From positions 3,887-67,886 of the forward strand of contig CAYGYA010000049.1 in the NCBI GenBank assembly GCA_964354085.1: a stretch of 64,000 nt of DNA, given 5' to 3'. Positions 29,325 to 39,237 of this stretch are shown one piece after another; the stretch's first letter is position 1; each line of letters opens with the position of its first letter. The stretch comes from an uncultured Methanosarcinales archaeon (GTDB taxonomy: Archaea; Nanobdellota; Nanobdellia; Woesearchaeales; SM23-78). The notes under the pieces are model-generated. The model made no database searches. It was not told the origin of the DNA and worked only from the letters and a program-made list of their open reading frames with translations. A program made the position numbers and the translations under genes.

Positions 29325-29435
29325 GGTTCTAGACAATAGACAACAATAACCTTTTTAAGCACAATAAATTTCTTTTGATTATAAGAGAGGTGCGCGCGCC
29401 TCAGATGCGTATTCTGAGAGATTTGGAGCAGAAAA

Positions 29436-30113
29436 ATGTCTGATCAAACCATATACAACAAGGAATATGCCAAGAAATGGATTAAATATGCAAAAGCCAA
29501 GAAGGATGTGTTCAGAGACAAGCATTTATACCCTTACCTGCAAAAAACCATAGCTGACAGCATTAAGCCTGGCGAGCCTGTTTCTCTCCTAGATATTGGC
29601 TGCGGCTGGGGAGGATTGTTAGATTATTTGCCAGAAAACATCACCTACTTTGGGGTTGATCCTGTGCCAGAATTTTTTCTATTCATAAGCAAGAAGAATC
29701 TTTGCAGGAATTTGCTCCTAAAAACTGGTGAATTGCCGAGCAAGATTCATGTGCAGGATAATTCTTTTGATATTGTTGTGTGCAGCATGGCTCTTCATTG
29801 CGTTCCTGACTTAGAAACCTCTGTCAACACTATTTTCTCAAAGGTTAAGAACAATGGAAAAGTGATTATCACAGAGTTCAATGACAATGCCCCGCCTATT
29901 GTGAGAAAAACCTTTCGCCGAATTGAAGAGGACATAGGTAATTATGTCAGGGGGCTGTACCTTCTGTCAAATCATGTTCCTGTCATTGCAGAAGCTTATT
30001 TTCACGGTGAAGAAAGAATTGAAAAAGCAATTAAGGCTCATTCTAATTTCAGGAAAACCCTTGTCGGGCCAATGTTTGTGGGCTACGAAGCTGAGAAGGG
30101 GAAATTTTTATAA
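29436..30113 (+). CDS. Class I SAM-dependent methyltransferase
   Basis: LLDIGCGWG and DNSFDIVVC motifs. Confidence 0.85.
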   Translation: MSDQTIYNKEYAKKWIKYAKAKKDVFRDKHLYPYLQKTIADSIKPGEPVSLLDIGCGWGGLLDYLPENITYFGVDPVPEFFLFISKKNLCRNLLLKTGELPSKIHVQDNSFDIVVCSMALHCVPDLETSVNTIFSKVKNNGKVIITEFNDNAPPIVRKTFRRIEEDIGNYVRGLYLLSNHVPVIAEAYFHGEERIEKAIKAHSNFRKTLVGPMFVGYEAEKGKFL

Positions 30114-30137
30114 ACCAGCAATAAACCATGCCTTTAA

Positions 30138-31157
30138 ATGGTAGAATTATATGTTTCTTGGTGCAAGGGATTAGCGCAGAGCAAGCAAGCTTTGGCTATT
30201 CTTAGTGCCAGCCCCTTTGTTAGTGGTGTTGAGAGCAGGGATGTCAGGCAAGAGCTTGATTTGTTCAATGCAGCAGGATTAAAGGTTTCTGTGCATAATC
30301 CTATAAGGATTATTAACCTGGGCTTGGACTATGAAAAACTAATTTCTAGCCTTAAGCTAAAGGTAAATGAGCATATGCTGAACAATATCAGAAAAGCACA
30401 GGCAGGCGCAGTTGGCTTCCATTCCTATAATAAAGAGCTAATGGTTGAGGATAATCTTTTCAGGGCTGCTTCTTTACCTGAAAACTTTTATGATAGTGAA
30501 AGCTTGGAGCAGATAAGAGAGCAGATAATATTAAATCTTGTGTTCCTAGAAAATGAGATTAACAAAAACATGGAAAAGGGTAAGGAGAAAAAAATCCTTT
30601 TTGAGACTCATCCTTATGTTAATTTAGCTAATTTAAAAGAAACTAAGGATAAAATAACAAAACCACAGTTAGAAATAATGAGAAACGCGGGATTGATGAA
30701 TAAGCCTGAATTCATAGCTAGCATCTTCAATGATGAAAGAATAAGGGCTAACAAGAATATAGGCCTCCTGTTTGATACAGCTCACATGTTCATATCTCTC
30801 AGGACCATGATTGACAATGGCGATGTCAAAGGAGATATTAATCACTCCATTAAAAAAATAATTGATGTTTCAAAAGGCAGGGTTTATGAAATGCACATTG
30901 CGCGCCCAACCAAACTAGAGGATAATGTCTATGTTGATGACCAGCATGCACTGATAAAAGGAGAAGCTATGAGCAATTTTGTTCTTAACATTGCAAAAAA
31001 AGTTCTTGAGAAAAATCATGGTATGATGTCAATAACCCTTGAGATTAATACTTCTTCTGATCCTGAAAATCATCCTGATCCTGTTAGTCACGCAAAAAAG
31101 CTGGTCCAGCAGGCAGAACTGGTTGTCAAGGAATTAGGACTTGAAGTGAAAAAATGA
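30138..31157 (+). CDS. TIM-barrel metalloprotein (xylose isomerase/AP endonuclease 2-like)
   Basis: SVHNP, LFET, FDTAH, EMH, DDQH and LEI metal-ligand pattern. Confidence 0.6.
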   Translation: MVELYVSWCKGLAQSKQALAILSASPFVSGVESRDVRQELDLFNAAGLKVSVHNPIRIINLGLDYEKLISSLKLKVNEHMLNNIRKAQAGAVGFHSYNKELMVEDNLFRAASLPENFYDSESLEQIREQIILNLVFLENEINKNMEKGKEKKILFETHPYVNLANLKETKDKITKPQLEIMRNAGLMNKPEFIASIFNDERIRANKNIGLLFDTAHMFISLRTMIDNGDVKGDINHSIKKIIDVSKGRVYEMHIARPTKLEDNVYVDDQHALIKGEAMSNFVLNIAKKVLEKNHGMMSITLEINTSSDPENHPDPVSHAKKLVQQAELVVKELGLEVKK

Positions 31158-31846
31158 ATCTTGCAGAGCGCGCATTCTCAGAATTATTCCCAGATAAACA
31201 GCTAAACAAGGAGCTAAGAATAAAATATTCCCGCGCCTTTAATGCCTATAACGCTAATGTTAAGTACGCTCCTTATTCAATGACTTTCAAGCTTTCTTAT
31301 GAGTGGAAAAAAGTGAGTGATGAGATAAAGATGGGCCTGATACAGCTGCTGCTGTTGAAAGTTTATCATGAGAAAAAGAGAACCCTTAACCTTGATTTGT
31401 ATGAGAAGTTCATCAAGAGCGTGGGAGATTATGCTCATGTTACAGAAACAGACCTAATCCTTGAGCAGAGCTTTAAAAGAGTGAGTGAAAAATACTTTTA
31501 TGGAATGCTTGACCAGCCTAACCTGCGCTGGGGAACAGACAGCTTTTCCAAGCTTGGGAGCTATGAGTACGGCGCAAACATGGTGACCATCTCTAATATT
31601 TTCAAAGGAGAGGATGAGCAAAGCCAGGAACTGCTGGATTATATCATGTATCATGAGTTGCTTCACAAGAAGCACAAGTTCCACACCAAGAACGGCAGGA
31701 GCTATCATCACACCAAGAATTTCAGGAACAAGGAAAAGGCATTTGAAAATCCTCGCATTGAAGAAGAGCTAAAAATATTTCTTGCAAAGAAAAGAATAAA
31801 AAAAGTGTTCAGCAGAAAAAAGAAAAGCTTCTGGCAGTGGTGGTAG
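31154..31846 (+). CDS. SprT/YgjP-like zinc metalloprotease domain protein
   Basis: LDYIMYHELLH...H motif. Confidence 0.8.
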   Translation: MNLAERAFSELFPDKQLNKELRIKYSRAFNAYNANVKYAPYSMTFKLSYEWKKVSDEIKMGLIQLLLLKVYHEKKRTLNLDLYEKFIKSVGDYAHVTETDLILEQSFKRVSEKYFYGMLDQPNLRWGTDSFSKLGSYEYGANMVTISNIFKGEDEQSQELLDYIMYHELLHKKHKFHTKNGRSYHHTKNFRNKEKAFENPRIEEELKIFLAKKRIKKVFSRKKKSFWQWW

Positions 31847-31883
31847 AAACAACTTTATAAATAAAATCGCATTACCCCACTTC

Positions 31884-32342
31884 ATGGCAGTCCCATCAGC
31901 AGGTAATGGCAAATCTCTTGAAGAAAGAGCAAATGATACCAAGGAAAAAGGCAGGTTGTTAGCTGAGACTTTTAATCAGGTTAGATATATCCACGTCAGC
32001 GGCTATGCTCATAATTCAGGGGATAGCTTTAGCATAGTATATGACCGTGATGAAGCATTTCAAAGTGATTGGGAAACTCTCAAGAATAGCATCACAGCGA
32101 ATCTAAACGGCTTAAGGGCAGAAGTCATCCTGCACGGAGATGAGCAATTATATCCGCCTATAAATTACCAAACAAAAAATAATGACGCAACAAAATTAGA
32201 GATACTAATCAGGCCTGCTGATAGGGTGACAGATGCTTATGCTAGGGAAGAGATTATTTCTAAGGTGATAAAAAAAATAACAGCCGGGATAACGGATTAT
32301 CTAGAAAAACATCCGAACGCAGTAAAAAAGAGTGATAACTAG
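31884..32342 (+). CDS. Hypothetical protein
   Basis: ATG ~24 nt after TTTATAAA. Confidence 0.7.
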   Translation: MAVPSAGNGKSLEERANDTKEKGRLLAETFNQVRYIHVSGYAHNSGDSFSIVYDRDEAFQSDWETLKNSITANLNGLRAEVILHGDEQLYPPINYQTKNNDATKLEILIRPADRVTDAYAREEIISKVIKKITAGITDYLEKHPNAVKKSDN

Positions 32343-32394
32343 AAACTTAACACGATGATAAAAGAAGCACTAAATAAAGGGTTAGGGTGATAAA

Positions 32395-32874
32395 ATGAAA
32401 CAACTAGTTGTGTATTATTCAAGGACTGGGAATACAAAGAAAGCTGCTGAGGCACTCGCAGCAATGCTCAAGTGCGAGGTTGAGGAATTAACTGACAAGA
32501 AAGGTGCAAAGAGCAGGAAGGGCTTGTTCGGCTGGCTGCGCTGCGGCAGAGAAGGAATGAAGAGGATAATGCCAGAAATAGAGGCAACAAAAAATGATTC
32601 TGCAAAATATGATTTAGTTATCATCGGCGCTCCTAACTGGGGCAGCAACATGGCAAGCCCAGTGAGGGCTTATCTTACAAATAACAAAGGCAAATTCAAG
32701 AAAGTTGCTTTTTTCTGCACCATGGGCGGAGAATCACCTGGCAGGATTTTTATTGAAATGGAAGAAATCTGCAATAAAAAGCCAGTGGCCTGCCTTGGGC
32801 TAAGAAGTAAAGCAGTGAAAAAAGGAGAGCACATTCCTAAGCTCAAAGAGTTTGCCAAGAAAATAATGCAATAG
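32395..32874 (+). CDS. Flavodoxin-like protein
   Basis: YYSRTGNT, GAPNW and AFFCT motifs. Confidence 0.9.
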   Translation: MKQLVVYYSRTGNTKKAAEALAAMLKCEVEELTDKKGAKSRKGLFGWLRCGREGMKRIMPEIEATKNDSAKYDLVIIGAPNWGSNMASPVRAYLTNNKGKFKKVAFFCTMGGESPGRIFIEMEEICNKKPVACLGLRSKAVKKGEHIPKLKEFAKKIMQ

Positions 32875-32891
32875 ACTGTATTTTGCCTGCT

Positions 32892-33587
32892 CTAGAACAA
32901 CAATACTACAAGCACTGCCATTATTATCATGTTTCCAAAGTCTGCTACTGATGTTATTATTGGTATCAGGAAATTGTTAGGGTCTTCTTTTTTATTGAAG
33001 TAATGCAATCCCAGGACTACAGAGGAAATGAACATTATTATGACTAGCAAGGCAACATCCACTATTGTAATGGTGAACACTTTTAAAATAATAAGGGCAT
33101 TCAGCTGGTAGTTTGAAAAAAGAGACACAATAAGGGCTACGGTAGTGCTAATGAGGGTTGTAAGCAAGGCTATAATAAATATCTGCCAGAATAATATCTT
33201 TATGCTTGATTCCATCCACCATTTCTTTTTAACCTTGCCTTCATAAAGCATGGTTGAGAATCTTGAAGAAATTATGGTCCCGTAGTCCCCGACCATGTCA
33301 TTGAGCGTCGGCATGAGAATGATTAATGGCACGATGACTATAAAAATCTCTTTTATGTTTTCAAGGGCCATGCCTCCTGCTGCGCTTAATATTGCAGAGA
33401 GCAATAGGATCTGGACGCTTTCTCTGAGTATTGTGTCAGGCACATTTGAGTGAGGCCCATATTCCTTGACATAGAAAAGTGTTTTCCTTGAAATCTTGTA
33501 TTTGGTATGAATCTCATGGATAAGAGAGTGGCGCGCGCGCTTCCTAATCTTTCTCAATGCTTCCAAATGCTTTCTTATTTCCTTCAT
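32892..33587 (-). CDS. MgtE-like membrane domain protein
   Basis: P.LNDMVGD, SSRFST and DPNNFLIPIITSVAD motifs. Confidence 0.85.
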   Translation of the reverse strand: MKEIRKHLEALRKIRKRARHSLIHEIHTKYKISRKTLFYVKEYGPHSNVPDTILRESVQILLLSAILSAAGGMALENIKEIFIVIVPLIILMPTLNDMVGDYGTIISSRFSTMLYEGKVKKKWWMESSIKILFWQIFIIALLTTLISTTVALIVSLFSNYQLNALIILKVFTITIVDVALLVIIMFISSVVLGLHYFNKKEDPNNFLIPIITSVADFGNMIIMAVLVVLLF

Positions 33588-33627
33588 TTAATTATTCTCC
33601 TTGTAAATTAATCTCATGATTTTATGC

Positions 33628-34176
33628 TCATATAAGCACCAAGGCAATGAGCAATGAAACAATGCTTGTAATGTCTCCTGATGATGTTACAAAAGGCCCT
33701 AGTATGTTATTTGGGTCATGCCCTTTCTTGAAAAAGTAAAAAGTCAGCACTATTGTTAAGGGGACTTCAATCATATTGGCTATTATGCCTGCTATCAGGA
33801 AAAGCCATATTATCTCAGGAGTGAATACGTGCAAAACAAAGTTGTTGAACAGGAAGGTTATTAATCCAAGAAACAAAGCAATTATTACTGCAAGCAAGAG
33901 AGAGGCATATATATTGCCTCTGATTATTTTGGTTCTTATGGTGTTGGGCTTAATCACTCCCAAGAACAAGCCAGAGCTCAGCCTCGAAGAGAGCGAGCCG
34001 CTAATATTTCCTCGCATATCCAGGAATGCTGGGAGAGTAAGGAGCATGCCAGGGATAAGAAGGATTTTATTTGTATTATAGGCAAGAATAATTCCTGCTA
34101 TCAAGCCACCGATTATAGATACTATCTGGAAAGACAGTATTTCCTTGAAATTCTTGTCAAAAACTCCCTTAATCAT
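33628..34176 (-). CDS. MgtE-like membrane domain protein
   Basis: PAFLDMRGNI, SSRLSS and DPNNILGPFVTSSGD motifs. Confidence 0.85.
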   Translation of the reverse strand: MIKGVFDKNFKEILSFQIVSIIGGLIAGIILAYNTNKILLIPGMLLTLPAFLDMRGNISGSLSSRLSSGLFLGVIKPNTIRTKIIRGNIYASLLLAVIIALFLGLITFLFNNFVLHVFTPEIIWLFLIAGIIANMIEVPLTIVLTFYFFKKGHDPNNILGPFVTSSGDITSIVSLLIALVLI

Positions 34177-34238
34177 GAATATTCTAGCCTTGGCAAGATT
34201 AGCTTATATATTTTTTCTAAAATACTAGGTGCCTGTCT

Positions 34239-35756
34239 CTAGATTAAAGCCTGTGAAGAACTATGATGTGACAAACTTTTCAGATATTTCATATATGCCT
34301 TGTTCTGCATTAACCATTTGTTCACTATCTGCCTTCCTCCTACTCTTAGCAATGCAGGTTCAAATGAGGGCAGTTTAATTATTGGAAGCTTAATTGCAGG
34401 CAACTTTACTGTTGGCAAATGAGGCATATGCGGCATACGAGGTAAATGTGGCAAGCGCACTTTAGAATACATGCCCTTGGCTGTTGTCACAGCCGAATCA
34501 ATAAAAGCATCAACTGTTTTCTTCATTGCATTGGTGTATGAATAAAATTCTGCAAAGCATTTTATCATTCCATGCTGAAGCTCATGGGCACTCATTTGGC
34601 TGGGCTTGAAAACAGCGTGCAAGCCGTCATAATATTGCCAGTCAGTGTGCAAAAGCCTTTGCTCATTCAACAGCTTGAAATAGGTCTGAGTGCCTGGCAG
34701 AGGAGTGAGTATAGCGTACTGCACAGAATCAAGGTCGCTCTTATGGCAGAATTCAGAAGTGTTCTTGAAAACATCCTTGTCGTCAGCATCATTCCCAAGC
34801 ATGAACATTCCATGTATGGCTATTCCACGGTCATGAAAAACTTTTATTGCCCTCTCAACATCCTGGCGAGTCTGGTGCTTATTCATATCCCGCAGACTCT
34901 TATCATTAATTGATTCAAACCCAATATAAACTCTTTCGCAGCCTGCTTCTCTCATCTTTGCAACAAACTCAGGGTTCCTGGTTACATCTGATCTTACTTG
35001 CGCGCCCCAAGGCCTACTAAATCCTTTTTCAAGCATTAGGTCAAGAATTCTGTTAGTTCTGGTAAGGTTAGCTGCAAAGTGGTCATCTGCAAAAAACACA
35101 TATCCTTTCTTGAATTGCATAATCTCATCAATAACTCTTTCTGGGCTCTGGGTCCTGTATTTTCTTCCAAACATCTCTGTTACTGCGCAAAAATTGCAAC
35201 CATAAGGGCAACCTCTTGATGACATGACAGAATGAGTGAATCCTTTTTTCCATCCCTGGACTAGGTTAAAATCAGGTATTGGAAACTCGTCAAGATTCTC
35301 TGGCCTTTGCGCATAAACAATCTTATCCTTAAATCTGCCTGCAAGGAGGTCAAGGATTATGTGCTCTGCTTCTCCAACAACAACCTGGTCAAAATAAGGA
35401 ACAACATCATTGGGAATTGTGCTTGCATGAATGCCTCCAATAATAGCTCTTGAGTCAAGTCCTCTGGATTTTCTTATTGCCTTGTACTGCTTTGCAATCT
35501 CCTTGCCTCTTGTTGAGGTTGCTGTTATGCAGCTCAGGCAGAGAATGTCTGCACTTTCAAGCTCTTTTTCTGAAATATTCCTCCTAAGGATATTCTCATT
35601 AAGCACAACAGCATCATAGCCAGCTCTCTGAGCAATTGTTGCAAGATAAACAGGCCCTAATAATGGGATAGTCATGCTTTTGGCAAATACATTAGAAGCA
35701 GCTCCTCTTGGCTCTACAAAAACAACCTTTTTATTTCTAATTGTTTTATGCTCCAT
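34239..35756 (-). CDS. B12-binding domain radical SAM protein
   Basis: GGIHAS, SRGCPYGCNFC, FADDHF, IGFES and TPLPGT motifs. Confidence 0.92.
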   Translation of the reverse strand: MEHKTIRNKKVVFVEPRGAASNVFAKSMTIPLLGPVYLATIAQRAGYDAVVLNENILRRNISEKELESADILCLSCITATSTRGKEIAKQYKAIRKSRGLDSRAIIGGIHASTIPNDVVPYFDQVVVGEAEHIILDLLAGRFKDKIVYAQRPENLDEFPIPDFNLVQGWKKGFTHSVMSSRGCPYGCNFCAVTEMFGRKYRTQSPERVIDEIMQFKKGYVFFADDHFAANLTRTNRILDLMLEKGFSRPWGAQVRSDVTRNPEFVAKMREAGCERVYIGFESINDKSLRDMNKHQTRQDVERAIKVFHDRGIAIHGMFMLGNDADDKDVFKNTSEFCHKSDLDSVQYAILTPLPGTQTYFKLLNEQRLLHTDWQYYDGLHAVFKPSQMSAHELQHGMIKCFAEFYSYTNAMKKTVDAFIDSAVTTAKGMYSKVRLPHLPRMPHMPHLPTVKLPAIKLPIIKLPSFEPALLRVGGRQIVNKWLMQNKAYMKYLKSLSHHSSSQALI

Positions 35757-35939
35757 TCTTCTTCCTCTTTTGGTTTTTTTCTAGAATAAGTTTTTGAGAC
35801 AAAACCCAAAATCAATTAAAAAAATTGGATGCCTGAATAAACTTACTATGTCCTAATAACTCAAACCCATATTAATATTTTATGTATTATAACTCATTTT
35901 CAGAGAATTTATATAATAAGTGATGATTTCACTCTGTTG

Positions 35940-36914
35940 ATGAAAAAAATAACCCTGATAATCATAGTTTGCTTTTCAATATTCTTAATCAGTGCATTAT
36001 TGTTGACCAATTACAAGCCAAAAGTTCCTGAGGTTCCTAAAAATAATACCCAGAACAATACCCAAGCCCAGAATAACACTCCCAGAATCTTCTTGTCAAA
36101 GTATCCAATCATTCTTGTCCACGGCTGGATGGGAAAGGCAGTTGACTTTGCACCCTATGGGCTCAAGCTTCAGGAAGATAGGATTGCTGAGTACAAAGGC
36201 ACGCTAACCAGGTATGATAACAAGTCAATTTGCCCAGAGCAATGGCCTAAAGCAGTGAGTGCGAGTGCAGAATACTATTATGATTTTAACAAGGACAATG
36301 GAATAGAGAATTATTCTTCTGAACTAGAACCAATAATCCAGCTCTTAAAGAATTGCACAGGCTCTGACCAAGTAATACTTATCGCACACAGCATGGGAGG
36401 ATTAGTTTCAAGAAAGTACATGGTTGATTATGGCAATTCAAGCATTAATAAGCTAATCACACTAGCAACTCCTCATTATGGGTTTAACCAATTCACCAGG
36501 TCAGAAATTATTTTTATGATGATTGACATATTCACTAATAGGATGTTTGAGATTGAGCAGATGAGGCCTGAAAGTGATTTTCTCAAAGAGCTTGACAAGG
36601 CAGATGTTATTTACAGAAACCAAATAGTAAGCATCGGCACATACAACCTGGGTAACAAAACCAGCATTTTTGGGCTTCGTGTTTTTTCATCTCAAATAGA
36701 TGACTTTGAAAAGCAGCACTTTGATAATACTGACATTGCTGTATCATTAGACTCAACCAAGCTTGCAGGCTGCAAATACTACCAGGTAGAGGGCTGTAGC
36801 CACACAGAAATCCTGAATTTCAAAGCAGTCTACCCAAAAGGGCCGATTAATAATCCTAACACTTGCAAAGATGCTTATGAGATTGTTAAGAATGAGATAT
36901 TAGGGGCTGACTGA
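35940..36914 (+). CDS. Membrane-anchored/secreted alpha/beta hydrolase (lipase-like)
   Basis: Signal anchor, LVHGW, AHSMGG, TPHYG and C-terminal His. Confidence 0.85.
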   Translation: MKKITLIIIVCFSIFLISALLLTNYKPKVPEVPKNNTQNNTQAQNNTPRIFLSKYPIILVHGWMGKAVDFAPYGLKLQEDRIAEYKGTLTRYDNKSICPEQWPKAVSASAEYYYDFNKDNGIENYSSELEPIIQLLKNCTGSDQVILIAHSMGGLVSRKYMVDYGNSSINKLITLATPHYGFNQFTRSEIIFMMIDIFTNRMFEIEQMRPESDFLKELDKADVIYRNQIVSIGTYNLGNKTSIFGLRVFSSQIDDFEKQHFDNTDIAVSLDSTKLAGCKYYQVEGCSHTEILNFKAVYPKGPINNPNTCKDAYEIVKNEILGAD

Positions 36915-36938
36915 CTAAATAAGAAGAAATAATTAGCC

Positions 36939-37532
36939 TTAGACTTTCTTAGAAATCTCTTTTTTCCTCTCTTGCATCATCTGGTTGTAGAATTTTTCAA
37001 TCTCGCTATTGTACCATTTTACTCCGCGCTTCTCATTGTTCTCCTGATACACTTTTATTTGTTCATAGAACTCTGCGGGCGATTGTTTAGTGAACTTTCT
37101 CACAATATCAAATCCCTCTTTGCTTGTCATCCAAATAAAGTCGAAATTATTGAATATCCTTAGGATTGGCTCATCTGCGAATGAATCCCCAAAAGCCCAA
37201 TTATCATGCTTCAATATCAATCGTTCAATCTCAGAAATCATCTCTTTGGGATAAACCAACTCTGACAAAATCTGGCTTGCAATTTTTGCCCCTTCCTCTG
37301 AATGGAGCTTTCTGATGTCCAAGTTAAAAGGGTCAGAGCCTTTTTTAACCTTTGAATAGCCGGCGTCATGCAAGATTGCTACTGGCATTAGAATATCAAA
37401 ATCAATCTCCTTAGGGCTGATGTGCTCTGGAATTGTCTTGTACAACCATTTAACATGCAAAACATCGCCTTCTCTTCCTTTTTCATAGAATGGGATGGCT
37501 TTCTTAAGTATTTCACTGTAAATCTTTTTCAA
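36939..37532 (-). CDS. HD-domain protein
   Basis: H..V, ILHDAG, H...GA and ILKHD motifs. Confidence 0.85.
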   Translation of the reverse strand: MKKIYSEILKKAIPFYEKGREGDVLHVKWLYKTIPEHISPKEIDFDILMPVAILHDAGYSKVKKGSDPFNLDIRKLHSEEGAKIASQILSELVYPKEMISEIERLILKHDNWAFGDSFADEPILRIFNNFDFIWMTSKEGFDIVRKFTKQSPAEFYEQIKVYQENNEKRGVKWYNSEIEKFYNQMMQERKKEISKKV

Positions 37533-37547
37533 TTGCGCACCACTTTC

Positions 37548-38732
37548 CTATCTCCCTCTCAGGTAAAGCTTCTTTATTGTTTCCTTGCTGGCATACTTTG
37601 CCATTTCCTTCATCTTTTCAAAGTCTATCTGGCCGCCTTCAAATGCTTTTTCCAGCTTGTACTTGTCAAGGCTGCTGAACTCCTCCCACAAGCCTTGTTT
37701 TTTCAAGAGAGCAACAAGCTCATTATAATTAGGGTTTTCGCGAGCAGGAAATTTCAGGCATTCTTTTTTCCATAAAGTGACCATGGCGTCTGAGCCATAT
37801 ATTCTCTCGACTTTTTTCTGCTCTCCGAAATTAAAAATATTATCCTTCAGCTCCTCAAGCCTCTTTTGCACTTCACCTTCCTTTGCCTTTAGTATTGCAT
37901 ACTCATTAACCATTTTTACCCCATCATCTGCAAGGAACTCCTTAGGCTCCTTACCATCAATTTCTGTGAGATGGCTGAACTTAGGGCATATTGTCCTGTA
38001 ATCGCACCAACCGCACAAAGCACTTTCTTGAGGCTTGAATTCTGTGGTGCTCTCAATCTGCTTTATTGCTTCAATAACTTCTTTTTTCAGCTCTCCAAGC
38101 TGTTCCTCACTTCTCTCGCTCCTGATTTCCTTGTCAAAAGCAAGATAATGCCATATCAGAACCACCTGCTTACAGTCCTTGAACATCTCCCTAACTGCCA
38201 TTGAGTAAAGCGCGAGCTGCCTGTCAGTATCAACATGGTCCTGGGTTGGCAAAGAGTTGCTTGTCTTGTAGTCATGAATCTCATAAACTCCGTCGCCAGG
38301 AGAGGCTAGCCTGTCAACATATCCTTGAAGAACATATTTCCCACTACTATCCAGATTAAGAATGATTTGCATCTCCAAGCCAATGGTCTTTGCCTGATTA
38401 AATGGCTGGTACCTATTATAATAATCAGCTATGAACTGCTCTCCCATCTTCCTGAAGTTTTCCTCTACATAACCGTCTCTAACAATCTTTATGTTCTCAT
38501 TCCAGCTCTTAAGCCATTCGTCGTTATAGAAATGAAGCAGCTCCTGTAGGGTGTTCTGTTTCTGGAATTTAAGGTCTTTGTAAAGCTTTTCCAGGGTTTC
38601 GTGCACTCTTGAGCCCAGGAAGGCTTCTGCAGTTGCCTCAATGTCTGTCTCTGCCTCGTCAATGTACTCAAACTTGAACTTGAGAGGGCACTGCTCAAAA
38701 GTCGATATTCTTGAGTGTGAGTAAACAGTCAT
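37548..38732 (-). CDS. PD-(D/E)XK nuclease, RecB/AddB-like, with Fe-S cysteines
   Basis: CP, G..VH, GYVDRL, HDYKT, QLALY and CGWC..IC motifs. Confidence 0.88.
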   Translation of the reverse strand: MTVYSHSRISTFEQCPLKFKFEYIDEAETDIEATAEAFLGSRVHETLEKLYKDLKFQKQNTLQELLHFYNDEWLKSWNENIKIVRDGYVEENFRKMGEQFIADYYNRYQPFNQAKTIGLEMQIILNLDSSGKYVLQGYVDRLASPGDGVYEIHDYKTSNSLPTQDHVDTDRQLALYSMAVREMFKDCKQVVLIWHYLAFDKEIRSERSEEQLGELKKEVIEAIKQIESTTEFKPQESALCGWCDYRTICPKFSHLTEIDGKEPKEFLADDGVKMVNEYAILKAKEGEVQKRLEELKDNIFNFGEQKKVERIYGSDAMVTLWKKECLKFPARENPNYNELVALLKKQGLWEEFSSLDKYKLEKAFEGGQIDFEKMKEMAKYASKETIKKLYLRGR

Positions 38733-38863
38733 ATCATCTGCGAAGATGCTTGCTTATTTAAAGCTTTTTCATATGATTAATAAAAAAAAACCATTTAGAG
38801 TAAAATATATAAACAAGGGCAACGTATATAAAAAAAAGGACTTATTTATTTTGAGGTTGAAGA

Positions 38864-39139
38864 ATGCGAGCAGTTTATGTTATATTTACATTATTGGCAT
38901 TGTCAGCACTGGCCTTATTAGCTTCTGGCTGCGGCAAAGGCCAGCTAAGCGCTACCTGTATGCCGACTGTGAGCACTTCTCCTGAAGCGCCTGCTCATTC
39001 ACACACCTGGTGTGTTGGAGCGGTCTATACCAAAGAATACTGCAATATTCAAAAAGAGTGCCATAATCATAAAATAAATGAGAACCAGAATCTTGCAGAA
39101 GCAGCAGGAATTGGCCCTCATACTCACAAATTGACGTAA
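38864..39139 (+). CDS. Small His/Cys-rich lipoprotein
   Basis: Signal peptide with LASGC lipobox; HSH, HNH and HTH motifs. Confidence 0.7.
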   Translation: MRAVYVIFTLLALSALALLASGCGKGQLSATCMPTVSTSPEAPAHSHTWCVGAVYTKEYCNIQKECHNHKINENQNLAEAAGIGPHTHKLT

Positions 39140-39237
39140 AGCAATGTTGGTTATTTCTCTAATTTATTATAAATTGCTATAAACATATCCGGATTATAAA
39201 AAATTTTATAAACTCTGTTCTCTGTTAAGAGCATATT

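Noticed and set aside
37548..38732. Cas4-like nuclease next to an HD protein as a CRISPR-Cas locus
   Set aside because: No repeat-spacer array or cas1/cas2 in the window; it fits a standalone RecB/AddB-like nuclease
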